Below, one piece after another: positions 8,786 through 18,049 of a stretch of 64,000 nt of DNA. Made by a program: the position numbers and the translations under genes. The DNA is from a virus (Duplodnaviria; Heunggongvirae; Uroviricota; Caudoviricetes): IMG/VR virus record IMGVR_UViG_2925939204_000001. One strand, given 5' to 3'. The notes beneath the pieces are model-generated. The model did no database searches. It was not told where the DNA came from and saw only the letters and a list, made by a program, of their open reading frames with translations. Each line of letters begins with the position of its first letter. Positions within the stretch are counted from its first letter, which is position 1.

Positions 8786-10925
8786 CCTTCGATATGGTTC
8801 AGTTTGCAGTGGAATTGAAGCCGCGAGCATTGCCTGGGAACCGTTGGGTATGCGTCCGGCGTGGTTTGCTGAAATTGAGCCTTTTCCATCTGCCGTTCTT
8901 GCGCACCGCTGGCCTCATATCGCCAACCTTGGCGATATGACAAAACTTGCCAAAAAAGTCCTGGCTGGGGAAATCGAATCCCCTGATGTGCTCGTCGGGG
9001 GAACACCTTGTCAGGCATTCAGTATCGCGGGATTACGTGGTGGGCTTGATGATGAGCGCGGCGCGCTAACTTTGAAGTATGTGGAGCTTGCAAATGCAAT
9101 TGACGACAAACGGTCTGAGTCCTTCCTCAAACCGACAGTTATCGTCTGGGAAAATGTCCCAGGAGTCCTGTCATCGGCAGATAACGCCTTCGGATGTTTC
9201 CTTGCCGGATTGGCTGGAGAAGATGCACCATTTGAACCAGGTGATCGACCTGAATCAGGAAAAAGTAACGCGTTCTGGCGGTGGGATGGCAAAACCGGTT
9301 GCCATGCTCCAAAGTGGCCGCAGTGTGGTTGTATTTATGGACCGCAGCGAAAGGTGGCCTGGAGAATACTTGATGCCCAATACTTCGGAGTGGCACAACG
9401 ACGCCGACGCGTGTTTGTTGTCGCAAGTGCTCGAACAGACCTCGATCCCGCAACGGTACTTTTTGAGTTCGAAGGCGTGCGCCGGGATATTGCGCCGAGC
9501 AGAGGCGAGGGGAAGGAAGTTGCCGGAAATGTTGGAAATGGCATTAAAAGCGGGAGCCATTGGGATAACCCTGTAAATCCTCACCCGACACTTGCCCGAT
9601 CGCACAATACCGGCGGGACGGGTGCAAGCAACCAGGAGATTTTTTCACAGCGCGGAAGTGGGCTTGTCGGTGCTTACCGGATGGTAGCATTTGGTGAGTA
9701 TGCGGATGATGAGGCGGCTTCCACGGTCAAGGCCAGAGATTTTAAGGATGCAACCGACCTGGCTGTTTTTGACAGTGCGAACGTCGGAGTGGCAGTACGT
9801 CGCTTAACGCCTGTCGAGTGCGAACGCCTGCAGGGCTTTCCTGACGGGCACACGTTGATCCCTACGGAAAAGCGTAAAAAAGTTTCTTCAGATGAACTGG
9901 CATACCTTCGCAATCACTATCCAGATTTAAGCGAAGAAGAGGCCGCGATGCTTGCAGCTGACGGACCGCGTTACAAAGCGATCGGCAACAGCATGGCAGT
10001 TCCTGTTATGCAATGGATAGGGTGTCGCATTCTTGCGACCGTAGCGGATAAACAGCAAAAAACAATAAATACCATTACCTACACAAGAAAACTCCGGACT
10101 CCGGATGAATATGAACGCCCAATATTCAAATGGGTAGGCGGTAAATTCTCAGAGTTGCCTACAGTGCTTGAGCATCTACCACACGGCAAGCGGTTAATAG
10201 AACCATTCGTTGGTGGCGGTTCCGTATTTACGAATGCAGGATTTCGCCACAACCTGCTTAATGATATTAACGGTGACCTGATTAACTTCTATCAGACATT
10301 GCAGCGAGAGGGACATTCGCTCGTCACGCTGGCATATAGTTTTTTCAAAAATTACAACAACGCTGACGCTTACCTCGAAGTGCGCGAGGCATTTAACAGA
10401 GGAAAGTATGACCAGCTACATCATGCTGCCGCCTTTTTGTACCTTAATCGGCACTGTTTTAATGGCGTAACGCGGTACAACCAAAATGGCGAGTTCAACG
10501 TGGGGTATGGCAAATACAAAGCGCCCTACTTCCCACATGCAGAGATGGAGGCATTTTTGGCTGATGACGTACTCAAAAACACGTCCTTTGTATCAGGTGA
10601 CTTTGCTGGCGTCATCGAGGCGGCTGGTGAAGGCGATGTGATTTTTTGCGATCCGCCGTATGAACCGCTGCCGGATACAGAAGGGTTTACCAGTTATTCA
10701 GGAAATAGCTTCCGTTTCGACGAACAGAAACGGCTGGTATCTCTATTGGTGGAAGCCCACCAGCGCGGCGCTAAGGTAGTGATAACAAATAGTGGTGCGC
10801 CAAACATCCGTGAACTATATGAACGAAACGGGTTTAAAGTACATCATATGGCAGCCAGACGGTCGGTGTCCTGCAAGGCGTCAACACGTGTAGTTGCTAA
10901 CGATATAATTGCAATAATGAAGTAA
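8697..10925 (+). CDS. dmt: bifunctional DNA methyltransferase: N-terminal C5-cytosine MTase fused to C-terminal Dam-like N6-adenine MTase (P1 Dmt-like)
   Basis: C5 motifs [23 protein letters not shown] (PCQ), VWENVPG (ENV); Dam-like KWVGGK and FCDPPYEP (DPPY). Start uncertain: in-frame GTG at 8769 or TTG 8763 more likely than 8697/8700, which overlap rdgC by ~86 nt. Confidence 0.85.
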   Translation: MMLISCSLRANYLHCLTRWWRPLAVKQNVNLRYGSVCSGIEAASIAWEPLGMRPAWFAEIEPFPSAVLAHRWPHIANLGDMTKLAKKVLAGEIESPDVLVGGTPCQAFSIAGLRGGLDDERGALTLKYVELANAIDDKRSESFLKPTVIVWENVPGVLSSADNAFGCFLAGLAGEDAPFEPGDRPESGKSNAFWRWDGKTGCHAPKWPQCGCIYGPQRKVAWRILDAQYFGVAQRRRRVFVVASARTDLDPATVLFEFEGVRRDIAPSRGEGKEVAGNVGNGIKSGSHWDNPVNPHPTLARSHNTGGTGASNQEIFSQRGSGLVGAYRMVAFGEYADDEAASTVKARDFKDATDLAVFDSANVGVAVRRLTPVECERLQGFPDGHTLIPTEKRKKVSSDELAYLRNHYPDLSEEEAAMLAADGPRYKAIGNSMAVPVMQWIGCRILATVADKQQKTINTITYTRKLRTPDEYERPIFKWVGGKFSELPTVLEHLPHGKRLIEPFVGGGSVFTNAGFRHNLLNDINGDLINFYQTLQREGHSLVTLAYSFFKNYNNADAYLEVREAFNRGKYDQLHHAAAFLYLNRHCFNGVTRYNQNGEFNVGYGKYKAPYFPHAEMEAFLADDVLKNTSFVSGDFAGVIEAAGEGDVIFCDPPYEPLPDTEGFTSYSGNSFRFDEQKRLVSLLVEAHQRGAKVVITNSGAPNIRELYERNGFKVHHMAARRSVSCKASTRVVANDIIAIMK

Positions 10926-10957
10926 AAAACGCCGCAGTAGCGGCGTTTACTTTTTTA
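10926..10957. terminator. bidirectional rho-independent terminator (AACGCCGC-AGTA-GCGGCGTT flanked by A- and T-runs)
   Basis: Perfect 8-bp stem with TTTTTT after and AAAAA before; sits between convergent dmt and glnS. Confidence 0.7.
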
Positions 10958-10973
10958 TGTGGCGAAATACCTA

Positions 10974-12635
10974 TTAACCTAACTTCGCCCAGGTATCACG
11001 CAGCCCAACGGTGCGGTTAAATACCGGTTTTTCCGCCGTAGAATGGCGGCTGTCGAGGCAGAAATAACCTTCACGCTCAAACTGGAATGCTTTACCCGCT
11101 ACCGCTTCTTTCAGCGACGGTTCAGCAAAACCCTGTTTGATCACCAGCGATTCCGGGTTAATCACCGACAGGAAATCATCCGCAGCACCTGGGTTCGGCA
11201 CGCTGAACAGACGATCGTACAGGCGGATTTCAACCGGCAGCGCATGTGCCGCGCTCACCCAGTGAATAACGCCTTTCACTTTACGACCATCTGCCGGATC
11301 TTTGCTTAAGGTGTCGGCGTCATAAGTACAGAAGATGGTGGTGATATTGCCTTCGGCATCTTTCTCCACGCGTTCAGCCTTAATGACGTAAGCATTACGC
11401 AGACGCACTTCTTTACCCAGCACCAGACGTTTGTACTGCTTGTTAGCTTCTTCGCGGAAATCGGCGCGGTCGATCCAAATCTCACCGCTAAACGGCACCT
11501 GACGGCTACCCATTTCCGGTTTGTTTGGATGGTTCGGCATGGTGACCATTTCGCCTTCGCCCTGGTAGTTTTCGATAACCAGTTTCACCGGATCGATAAC
11601 CGCCATTGCGCGCGGCGCATTTTCGTTGAGATCTTCACGGATGCAGGATTCCAGCGACGCCATCTCAATGGTGTTGTCCTGCTTGGTCACGCCGATGCGT
11701 TTGCAGAACTCACGAATAGAAGCCGCAGTGTAACCACGACGACGCAGACCGGAAATGGTCGGCATACGCGGGTCATCCCAGCCTTCAACGTGCTTGTCGG
11801 TCACCAGCAGGTTCAGCTTACGCTTGGACATCACAGTGTATTCCAGATTCAGGCGCGAAAATTCGTACTGGCGCGGGTGAACAGGAATGGTGATGTTGTC
11901 CAGTACCCAGTCATACAGACGACGGTTGTCCTGGAACTCAAGCGTACACAGAGAGTGCGTAATACCTTCCAGCGCATCGCTGATGCAGTGGGTGAAGTCG
12001 TACATCGGGTAGATGCACCACTTGTTGCCAGTCTGGTGATGTTCAGCAAACTTAATGCGGTACAGCACCGGGTCGCGCATCACGATAAACGGCGAAGCCA
12101 TGTCGATTTTCGCACGCAGGCAGGCTTTACCTTCTTCAAAACCACCGGCACGCATTTTTTCGAACAGCGCCAGGTTCTCTTCAACGCTGCGGTCGCGGTA
12201 CGGGCTGTTTTTACCCGGCTGCGTCAGGGTGCCGCGGTATTCGCGGATCTGTTCCGGCGTCAGTTCGTCAACATACGCCAGGCCTTTGTTGATCAGTTCA
12301 ACAGCATAGGCATGGAGTTTGTCAAAATAATCGGAGGAGTAACGGATGTTGCCAGACCAGTGAAAACCTAACCATTCAACGTCGTTTTTAATCGACTCGA
12401 CGTACTCGATATCTTCTTTTACCGGGTTAGTGTCGTCGAAACGCAGGTTGCACTGGCCTTTATAGTCCTGGGCGATCCCGAAGTTCAGGCAGATAGATTT
12501 CGCATGACCAATATGCAGATAGCCATTCGGTTCCGGCGGGAAACGGGTATGTACTGTGGTGTGCTTACCACTGGCCAGATCTTCATCGATGATCTGACGA
12601 ATAAAGTTAGTCGGGCGGGCTTCTGCCTCACTCAT
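10974..12635 (-). CDS. glnS: glutaminyl-tRNA synthetase (host-like, full length 553 aa)
   Basis: Essentially colinear with E. coli GlnRS from [20 protein letters not shown], incl. class I HIGH motif (PNGYLHIGH) and VMSKR (KMSKS-type) motif. Confidence 0.95.
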   Translation of the reverse strand: MSEAEARPTNFIRQIIDEDLASGKHTTVHTRFPPEPNGYLHIGHAKSICLNFGIAQDYKGQCNLRFDDTNPVKEDIEYVESIKNDVEWLGFHWSGNIRYSSDYFDKLHAYAVELINKGLAYVDELTPEQIREYRGTLTQPGKNSPYRDRSVEENLALFEKMRAGGFEEGKACLRAKIDMASPFIVMRDPVLYRIKFAEHHQTGNKWCIYPMYDFTHCISDALEGITHSLCTLEFQDNRRLYDWVLDNITIPVHPRQYEFSRLNLEYTVMSKRKLNLLVTDKHVEGWDDPRMPTISGLRRRGYTAASIREFCKRIGVTKQDNTIEMASLESCIREDLNENAPRAMAVIDPVKLVIENYQGEGEMVTMPNHPNKPEMGSRQVPFSGEIWIDRADFREEANKQYKRLVLGKEVRLRNAYVIKAERVEKDAEGNITTIFCTYDADTLSKDPADGRKVKGVIHWVSAAHALPVEIRLYDRLFSVPNPGAADDFLSVINPESLVIKQGFAEPSLKEAVAGKAFQFEREGYFCLDSRHSTAEKPVFNRTVGLRDTWAKLG

Positions 12636-12802
12636 TGTGGATTCCTCAAAGCGTAAACAACGTATAACAGCGTATGATCTTATAAGCCGAATAGGCTGAC
12701 AACCACTAGTTGATTAGAAATTACTTTCTATCGTTATTTCAATAATGAGCTTTTTCATGAAGCCCACTTTTGCGCATAAGTAAATTAATGACAAATGGTA
12801 CA

Positions 12803-12868
12803 CAATTGGAACCAAAAAGGATGTAAAGGTGCACCAAATTAGTGGTGTATTGGTGCACCTTTGGTTCA
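12803..12868. repeat. palindromic element AAAGGTGCACCAA-N12-TTGGTGCACCTTT with flanking TTGGAACC/GGTTCAA arms
   Basis: Perfect 13-bp inverted repeat (12825-12837 / 12850-12862) just downstream of the parA/RHH operon; candidate centromere or operator. Confidence 0.4.
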
Positions 12869-12903
12869 AGACTTTTTAAGTTCTAAAACCAACCTGAAAG
12901 ACT

Positions 12904-13191
12904 TTATTTTGCTTCCTCAGACTCCGCTAACATGAGGATAGCATGGCGGATCATATTCAATTTGCTGCGATTATGCTTTTTGCTCAACGCATCAAGTACC
13001 TGGTACTCGTATTCATTGAAACCAACACGAATAGATTTAAAATCACGTGGAGCGTCCTTATCGAGCACTTTGTTGTCTTCTGGTTGCTCACCCGGCACCA
13101 AATCAGCCTTACTTGCAAAATCCTCAATTCGGCGTTCAAGATCGGGGTCTTTTACTTCGGGGGCTTTTACCGATTTACGAGGCTTAATCAC
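12904..13191 (-). CDS. ParG/ParB-like ribbon-helix-helix centromere-binding protein (95 aa)
   Basis: Small basic protein with C-terminal RHH-like segment (SIRVGFNEYEYQVLDALSKKHNRSKLNMIRHAILML); overlaps parA stop by 8 nt. Confidence 0.65.
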   Translation of the reverse strand: MIKPRKSVKAPEVKDPDLERRIEDFASKADLVPGEQPEDNKVLDKDAPRDFKSIRVGFNEYEYQVLDALSKKHNRSKLNMIRHAILMLAESEEAK

Positions 13192-13825
13192 TTAATAACT
13201 CCTTAACCAACATCTGGATTTCACCTTTAGCTTTCCCGTTGTCCATCTCAACAACGCCCTTCCCTTCAGCCATGCAATCGCGGTAAACCTTACGATCACG
13301 AATGATGGTTTTCAGCAACTTCAGTTGCGGATATTCAGCCAGGTACTCTTTGGCCTCATTGGTTTCATTCACAACCGGATTGGATGGGGCCATTGTTAAG
13401 ACTGCGAACGCCTTAATGCTAGGATTAGGCATCAGGTCCAAAGCCTCTTCAAACACTTCAACAAAGTGTGCCAGCGTGTCTAAATCTGGTTGAGATGGTC
13501 TGAATGGGACCAACACAATATCTGCAGCGGTTATGCCTGTACGCATCTCTTTGCTATCGCGCCCGGCTGTATCAACAACAACAAATTCATAACGCTTATC
13601 CAGATCGAGAAGTGTTTCTCGAATATTACCAAACTTCTGGACACAATGAATTACAGGAGAAACCTCTGCCGTGTTACGGTCAGCTGCCCAGCGGGCAGCT
13701 GTTCCTTGCTTGTCTGCATCTAGTAACACTACATCCTTATTTGCGCGGGCAAGCTCCGCACAGATGTTTACGCTTGTGGTTGATTTTCCACAGCCACCTT
13801 TTTGGCTGACTACCAATATAATCAT
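13184..13825 (-). CDS. parA: ParA-type partition ATPase (small, type Ib)
   Basis: Deviant Walker A VVSQKGGCGKSTTS; likely start is the ATG giving MIILVVSQKGG with GAGGAA SD (track start 13855 is an upstream TTG). Confidence 0.85.
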   Translation of the reverse strand: MIILVVSQKGGCGKSTTSVNICAELARANKDVVLLDADKQGTAARWAADRNTAEVSPVIHCVQKFGNIRETLLDLDKRYEFVVVDTAGRDSKEMRTGITAADIVLVPFRPSQPDLDTLAHFVEVFEEALDLMPNPSIKAFAVLTMAPSNPVVNETNEAKEYLAEYPQLKLLKTIIRDRKVYRDCMAEGKGVVEMDNGKAKGEIQMLVKELLSD

Positions 13826-14112
13826 ATCCGTTCCTCGGTGTGATTTTGGTATCAAAACGGTTCCAGATAAGAGCCTTTTTGATGCGGGACAGGCTCTATA
13901 ATGGAGTCATGAATGTTTGGCAAAGTATAACATCAATCAGACCAAATACACCTTATATTGCATCCTATTTAACACGAAATCAGCCCTAAATTGGAACCAG
14001 ATACAAAATTGCACCATAACAGCACCTAAATGGTGCCAGTTCAACACTAATTAGACACCATTAAGGCACAAAAAGGGCTGCAATTTGCAGCCTTAAACCA
14101 GCACATCTTCTG

Positions 14113-14457
14113 TCAATCAGGTAGAGAGTCAGCCAGATTGCGCGCCGACGCGCTTTTGGCAACAACTTGCTCCTTCACTGGCTCAATGGAGGCAGGGCGC
14201 TCCTCAACCGCAGCTGGTAGTTCCAGGAAGGATGCCAGCATTTTTCGGATCAGCTCCGGGTTATTGTCTTCGGTCAGCAGGGAAGCCAGTAATCCTGGAA
14301 GCCTGCTATCGACTTCTCCCAGCGCAAGCCCTGCCAACAATGCAGTTCTTGCCATATCGCTATGTTTTTTTATCTTCTCGCTCGCCGCCTTTTCATTGGC
14401 ATAAGCCTCTGGGCGAAGATAAATCATCACTTTCTTACGTTCCTGAGACATGGACAT
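14113..14457 (-). CDS. parR: ParR/StbB-like centromere-binding protein
   Basis: RTALLAGLALGEVDSRLPGLLASLLTED resembles R1 ParR (RAALTAGLALYRQDPRTPFLLCELLTKE); directly downstream of parM. Confidence 0.7.
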   Translation of the reverse strand: MSMSQERKKVMIYLRPEAYANEKAASEKIKKHSDMARTALLAGLALGEVDSRLPGLLASLLTEDNNPELIRKMLASFLELPAAVEERPASIEPVKEQVVAKSASARNLADSLPD

Positions 14458-14463
14458 ACCTCG

Positions 14464-15420
14464 TTAACCGATTGCTTTCAGGCCATGAACAAGAGCAAGT
14501 TGCGGGTCATCCGCCACGAAGAAACGGTCATCACGAATATTAACTTGCTCGCGAATTGCATCTGCCACCAGCGGTGCGCCACCACCGATCACCATGACAT
14601 GCGTATATCCTTTAAAGTCGCCAATCACATCAAGAACGCGGGTACGCAGACGGTCAATGCTTGCGGCAATGGCCTTTTTCACATCACCAATCGCTGATGG
14701 GTCATTGATATTGTCGTTCAGATAATCTTCATCGTGGCGGTTAATAATGAGCTGATCAACATTGTAATTTGACGTTTCGGTATTGGCTCTGGCAAGTGCT
14801 TGCCTTACTTCCCTGGTAACCAGAGAGACGCCAAGATTCGAATCGCCAAAAACACGGGAAACTGCCGTCATTTGCCCGGCGACCATTGAAACATCAAGGG
14901 TAGTTCCACCCAAATCGACGATAAGAATAGAATGGGCAGGGTTCAGATTGTCGCACAGGCCAATTCCTGCCGGAATAGACTCCGGTCGTACCGTAACTTT
15001 CTTAATCGTGAACACATTGCCTTTATTCAGCGTGACGGGGCGCATAAGGCTGGCTTTCTTGCGCTCGATGTTATCGAGATTGTATTGCGCGTCGTCGTCG
15101 TAAAACTCCGCCAGAGGCAGCGTGACCACAATTTCTACTTCCTGCGGCTCAATGCCACTTGTCAGCAGGGCATGGTGAACAGCCAGGACGTTAAGCGGGC
15201 TGTATTGCCATTCCACGTTATTCGTCGGCAGAACATCTGGCGAGATCAAATCATACGAATACTTTTCGTCGTCAATGACATAGTTAAACGGCTTGCCAGC
15301 ACCAAATGTTGCTGACCATCCGCGCTTAAAGCTGTTAGGGCTGATGTGAGTGCGAGTTTCCCCGTCGTGCTCCCACAGCATTTTGATATTGGTTGAACCA
15401 TCATCGATAAAAATGCGCAT
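14464..15420 (-). CDS. parM: ParM/StbA actin-like segregation ATPase
   Basis: N-terminal MRIFIDDGSTNIK and IVDLGGTTLD actin-fold phosphate motifs; start taken at internal ATG with GGAG SD. Confidence 0.85.
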   Translation of the reverse strand: MRIFIDDGSTNIKMLWEHDGETRTHISPNSFKRGWSATFGAGKPFNYVIDDEKYSYDLISPDVLPTNNVEWQYSPLNVLAVHHALLTSGIEPQEVEIVVTLPLAEFYDDDAQYNLDNIERKKASLMRPVTLNKGNVFTIKKVTVRPESIPAGIGLCDNLNPAHSILIVDLGGTTLDVSMVAGQMTAVSRVFGDSNLGVSLVTREVRQALARANTETSNYNVDQLIINRHDEDYLNDNINDPSAIGDVKKAIAASIDRLRTRVLDVIGDFKGYTHVMVIGGGAPLVADAIREQVNIRDDRFFVADDPQLALVHGLKAIG

Positions 15421-15445
15421 CTTCTTGCTCCACTTCTGAGACACA

Positions 15446-15601
15446 TTTGAGAATCAAAATGTAATTTTAAAAGAGAAGCACCCAAAAATCCACACCAAAC
15501 GAGATAAAGAAGAGCGATTGTTGAGTTTATTTTGAGAATATCTTGATCACCCACCGAATGATGGTCTGACAGTGAGATTTATTTGAGAACGAATTGAGAA
15601 T
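15446..15601. repeat. parC-like centromere: six TTGAGAA(T/C)-type repeats, paired 10-11 bp apart
   Basis: Copies at 15447, 15522, 15532, 15573, 15583, 15594 immediately upstream of parM. Confidence 0.5.
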
Positions 15602-15686
15602 GCAAAAATATTCCGAAATTTAACTCTCCGTTTGAATGACGAAATAACAAAGTGATGACAATAGGAGGATAACCAGGAGGTGAAGA

Positions 15687-15971
15687 ATGAGCGCAATAGC
15701 CACCAGCGACACCCTTTGTTCTGGTCACGGAGGATTTCCGCCGCGACTGGTAGCTGAAACCGTTCCCTGGTTCACCGTTAACGGTAAGCCAGTTGTTGTA
15801 GATGGTGCCATGTTTCCCAGTCACACTGACGGTAACAGTGCACATCCAGGGGCAGCTGTATCGACGCGAGTATGGTTTTCGATAGGTGGAAAGGGAGTTG
15901 TCTGTGTAGGCGATCCGCTTTCTTGTGGTTCTGTTATCGCCAACGGCGAGGATATTTTTCAGGTTGCATAA
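15687..15971 (+). CDS. PAAR-like (spike-tip-like) small protein (94 aa)
   Basis: Repeated NGKPVVVDGA / GGKGVVCVGDPLSCG pattern typical of PAAR folds; very strong SD (AGGAGG); stop overlaps next start (TAATG). Confidence 0.45.
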   Translation: MSAIATSDTLCSGHGGFPPRLVAETVPWFTVNGKPVVVDGAMFPSHTDGNSAHPGAAVSTRVWFSIGGKGVVCVGDPLSCGSVIANGEDIFQVA

Positions 15972-16777
15972 TGCTTGATTCAATAGGTGAAGTTAAAGCC
16001 TTCAAAATTCTGTCAGATGCCGGTATCTCTACACCAGAATCTATAACCATAAGCCGGGCAGCTTCTGTAAAAGCCTCATCGCTCGCCAGCGCCATACAGG
16101 GAATAGTTCACGCCGATAAAACCTATCCTGATTCTGTTTCGGCCTGGACTACTCAATTGCTTGGCTTTTCTGAACAGCTCAATGAGGCCAGCAAAGCGTC
16201 TTCATCACTGGCTGATTCTCTTTCCCCATACACCAAGCCATCAGAGCTGTTACAGATGAAGATTGGCTGGGAATGCTACGCAAAAGGTAACGAGCTGACC
16301 CCCATACCTGCTTTCGCCCTTGTTGAGGGAATGGGGAATGTTTCCATTCCGCAATCTCTAACGGACGCATTGACGGCGCTAAAACTTGATGCTCTGAAAA
16401 CCGCCATGAACGCCATTAACGCAAAAATTGAAGCTGCCGGAAGTGCTGGTGGTGGTGATAGCAATGGTGGACAGGGTGGTGCTGGGGGCGCTCAGGCTCC
16501 AGTCATTACTCAGGATGAAATTGATGCTTTACGGGAAGCAGTGACAGCCGCCGAAGCTTTACTCTCCGAAATTAACTCAGCAAGTGAGAGTGTCGTAGCC
16601 CTTACAGGTCGCATTAAAACGTCAACCACTCAGGCAACCAAAGGTTTAGAGAACGCTGTCGCCATCACGTTAACTGGTTCTCTACTGGATGATGCAGTAA
16701 TGAGTCCGGCACTCAGTTTAATCATGCCACAAGGCGTTATCGATGCGCTCCAAAAGAACACCAAAAAGGAACCATAG
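15971..16777 (+). CDS. hypothetical protein with Gly-rich linker (268 aa)
   Basis: Translationally coupled to PAAR-like gene; no motif recognised. Confidence 0.5.
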   Translation: MLDSIGEVKAFKILSDAGISTPESITISRAASVKASSLASAIQGIVHADKTYPDSVSAWTTQLLGFSEQLNEASKASSSLADSLSPYTKPSELLQMKIGWECYAKGNELTPIPAFALVEGMGNVSIPQSLTDALTALKLDALKTAMNAINAKIEAAGSAGGGDSNGGQGGAGGAQAPVITQDEIDALREAVTAAEALLSEINSASESVVALTGRIKTSTTQATKGLENAVAITLTGSLLDDAVMSPALSLIMPQGVIDALQKNTKKEP

Positions 16778-16832
16778 CAACACCACTTAGGCACACAAAA
16801 GGATGTAAATTGGCACATGTTTAACACCAAAA

Positions 16833-17306
16833 ATGAACCTGAAGAGGATGGTTTTGAAAAAGATAATTTTGATTGTAATTGCGCTTTTAGCCATTTCTGG
16901 AATTTACCGAACAACGACGGCAGTTATCGAACACATCAGGTATGTCCGATCGCTTGAAGACTCAAAATCACAACTGGAAAGCACGAACAACACGCTTTCT
17001 GCCGCATTACAGTTAAGTGAGAACGCTCGCTCAGCCATGCTGACCGAAAACGAAAGAATTAAAGCACTGGAAAAGGAGTACCAGCGCAAAACAGCAGAAC
17101 TGAATGCCAACCTAATCAAACAACGAGAGGAAAGCCAGAATGAAATCACTCGCCTTGAAAATGCGTTACGCCGTGCTGGGATTAACGATGTGCGTGTGCC
17201 TGATGACGTTATCAGGATGCAGCGGGAACGGGCAAAAGCCATCAACCAGCGTGCCAGTGAAAATTACCGTAGAAGCCACCAGCAAGCCGCAGGCAAATCT
17301 GATTGA
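16833..17306 (+). CDS. i-spanin-like (Rz-like) protein
   Basis: N-terminal TM anchor (ILIVIALLAISGIY) followed by long coiled-coil periplasmic domain. Confidence 0.5.
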   Translation: MNLKRMVLKKIILIVIALLAISGIYRTTTAVIEHIRYVRSLEDSKSQLESTNNTLSAALQLSENARSAMLTENERIKALEKEYQRKTAELNANLIKQREESQNEITRLENALRRAGINDVRVPDDVIRMQRERAKAINQRASENYRRSHQQAAGKSD

Positions 17307-17466
17307 TTACTCCCCTTGTTTAGTGCCAGAGGACACGCCAGTGCTGTTAAACAAGTATCCGACATACGCTGAACAGTTATTCAGCACGATCGACGAATGC
17401 AACCAACGAAACGCACTGAATAACCAAAGAAACAGGGAGATTTGGGAAGGGAAGGGGCGGCAGTGA
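17140..17466 (+). CDS. o-spanin-like (Rz1-like) lipoprotein, overlapping i-spanin in +1 frame
   Basis: Signal peptide with lipobox LSGC; gene starts inside and extends beyond the i-spanin gene. Confidence 0.5.
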   Translation: MKSLALKMRYAVLGLTMCVCLMTLSGCSGNGQKPSTSVPVKITVEATSKPQANLIDYSPCLVPEDTPVLLNKYPTYAEQLFSTIDECNQRNALNNQRNREIWEGKGRQ

Positions 17467-17493
17467 GCTTCACAAAATCTATATAGCTATTTT

Positions 17494-17505
17494 ATGTTAG
17501 AAAAA
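17494..17505 (+). promoter_or_regulatory. operator-like motif ATGTTAGAAAAA
   Basis: Member of dispersed TGTGTTAGAAAA family; ~55 bp upstream of the locus-A promoter. Confidence 0.4.
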
Positions 17506-17557
17506 TAATTTGAATTTTCGAACATAAACAATAAAATAAATCATCAAAAATTTGATG

Positions 17558-17586
17558 TTGATCTTCCATGTTTTCAGGCTTATATT
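17558..17586 (+). promoter_or_regulatory. sigma70-type promoter TTGATC-N17-TATATT of immunity locus A
   Basis: Near-consensus -35/-10 with 17-nt spacer; identical promoter at 51207-51235. Confidence 0.6.
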
Positions 17587-17592
17587 CACGCC

Positions 17593-17833
17593 GTTGCAGC
17601 AAATTCTGCGACCGGGTTTAGCAGCCTGAATGTACATGCGGACAACCGCAGATATCCGATATTGCGGTATTTTTGTGTCCGTAAAACCATGTTACGCCCG
17701 AATTATGGTGGGGCGTGATGGGGAGGCTTCGGCCTGCTGGTTTCATGTACGCCAGTCTGCTAACCCCGTCACGTCCTGCCACCCGTTTAGCAGCGGGTAG
17801 CAGGTTGTTAAACCTGTACATGAGGCCGTAACT
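17593..17833 (+). ncRNA. c4-like antisense RNA / leader region of immI-like locus A
   Basis: Sites a1/b1 (17617-17638), complementary b'/a' (17744-17763) and a2/b2 (17786-17822) overlapping the SD of the next ORF; all six sites co-vary in paralogue B. Confidence 0.5.
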
Positions 17834-18049
17834 ATGGTTAATGCCAATCCTTGCGCACGCCCGGAATTTATCTGGCGCTTTTATTCCTGCACAAAACACA
17901 CCTACATCAGCGTAATGGCAGCTACTGAGGCTGAAGCGCGTTCATTTCTTCCTACAGATCCATGCATTTTTGCCGCTCGCTTTAAACTCGATGCTCTGGA
18001 CGTTTTGACCTACTGGAACCGCCCAATGAACTGCGTGGAGGTGCATTAA
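17834..18049 (+). CDS. Icd-like small protein (71 aa)
   Basis: SD overlapped by b2 site; N-terminus MVNANPCARPEFIWRF conserved with paralogue at 51483; stop overlaps ant start. Confidence 0.5.
   Translation: MVNANPCARPEFIWRFYSCTKHTYISVMAATEAEARSFLPTDPCIFAARFKLDALDVLTYWNRPMNCVEVH

Noticed and set aside
11043-12371. Plus-strand ORFs (88, 280 and 84 aa) inside the glnS region
   Set aside because: They are antisense to a full-length, highly conserved glnS reading frame and have no motifs; typical shadow ORFs
10926-12900. Possibility that the window is a chromosomal prophage junction because glnS is host-like
   Set aside because: glnS is flanked on both sides by phage/plasmid genes (dmt upstream, two partition cassettes downstream) on a continuous sequence, so embedded cargo is more parsimonious; assembly chimerism cannot be excluded without reads
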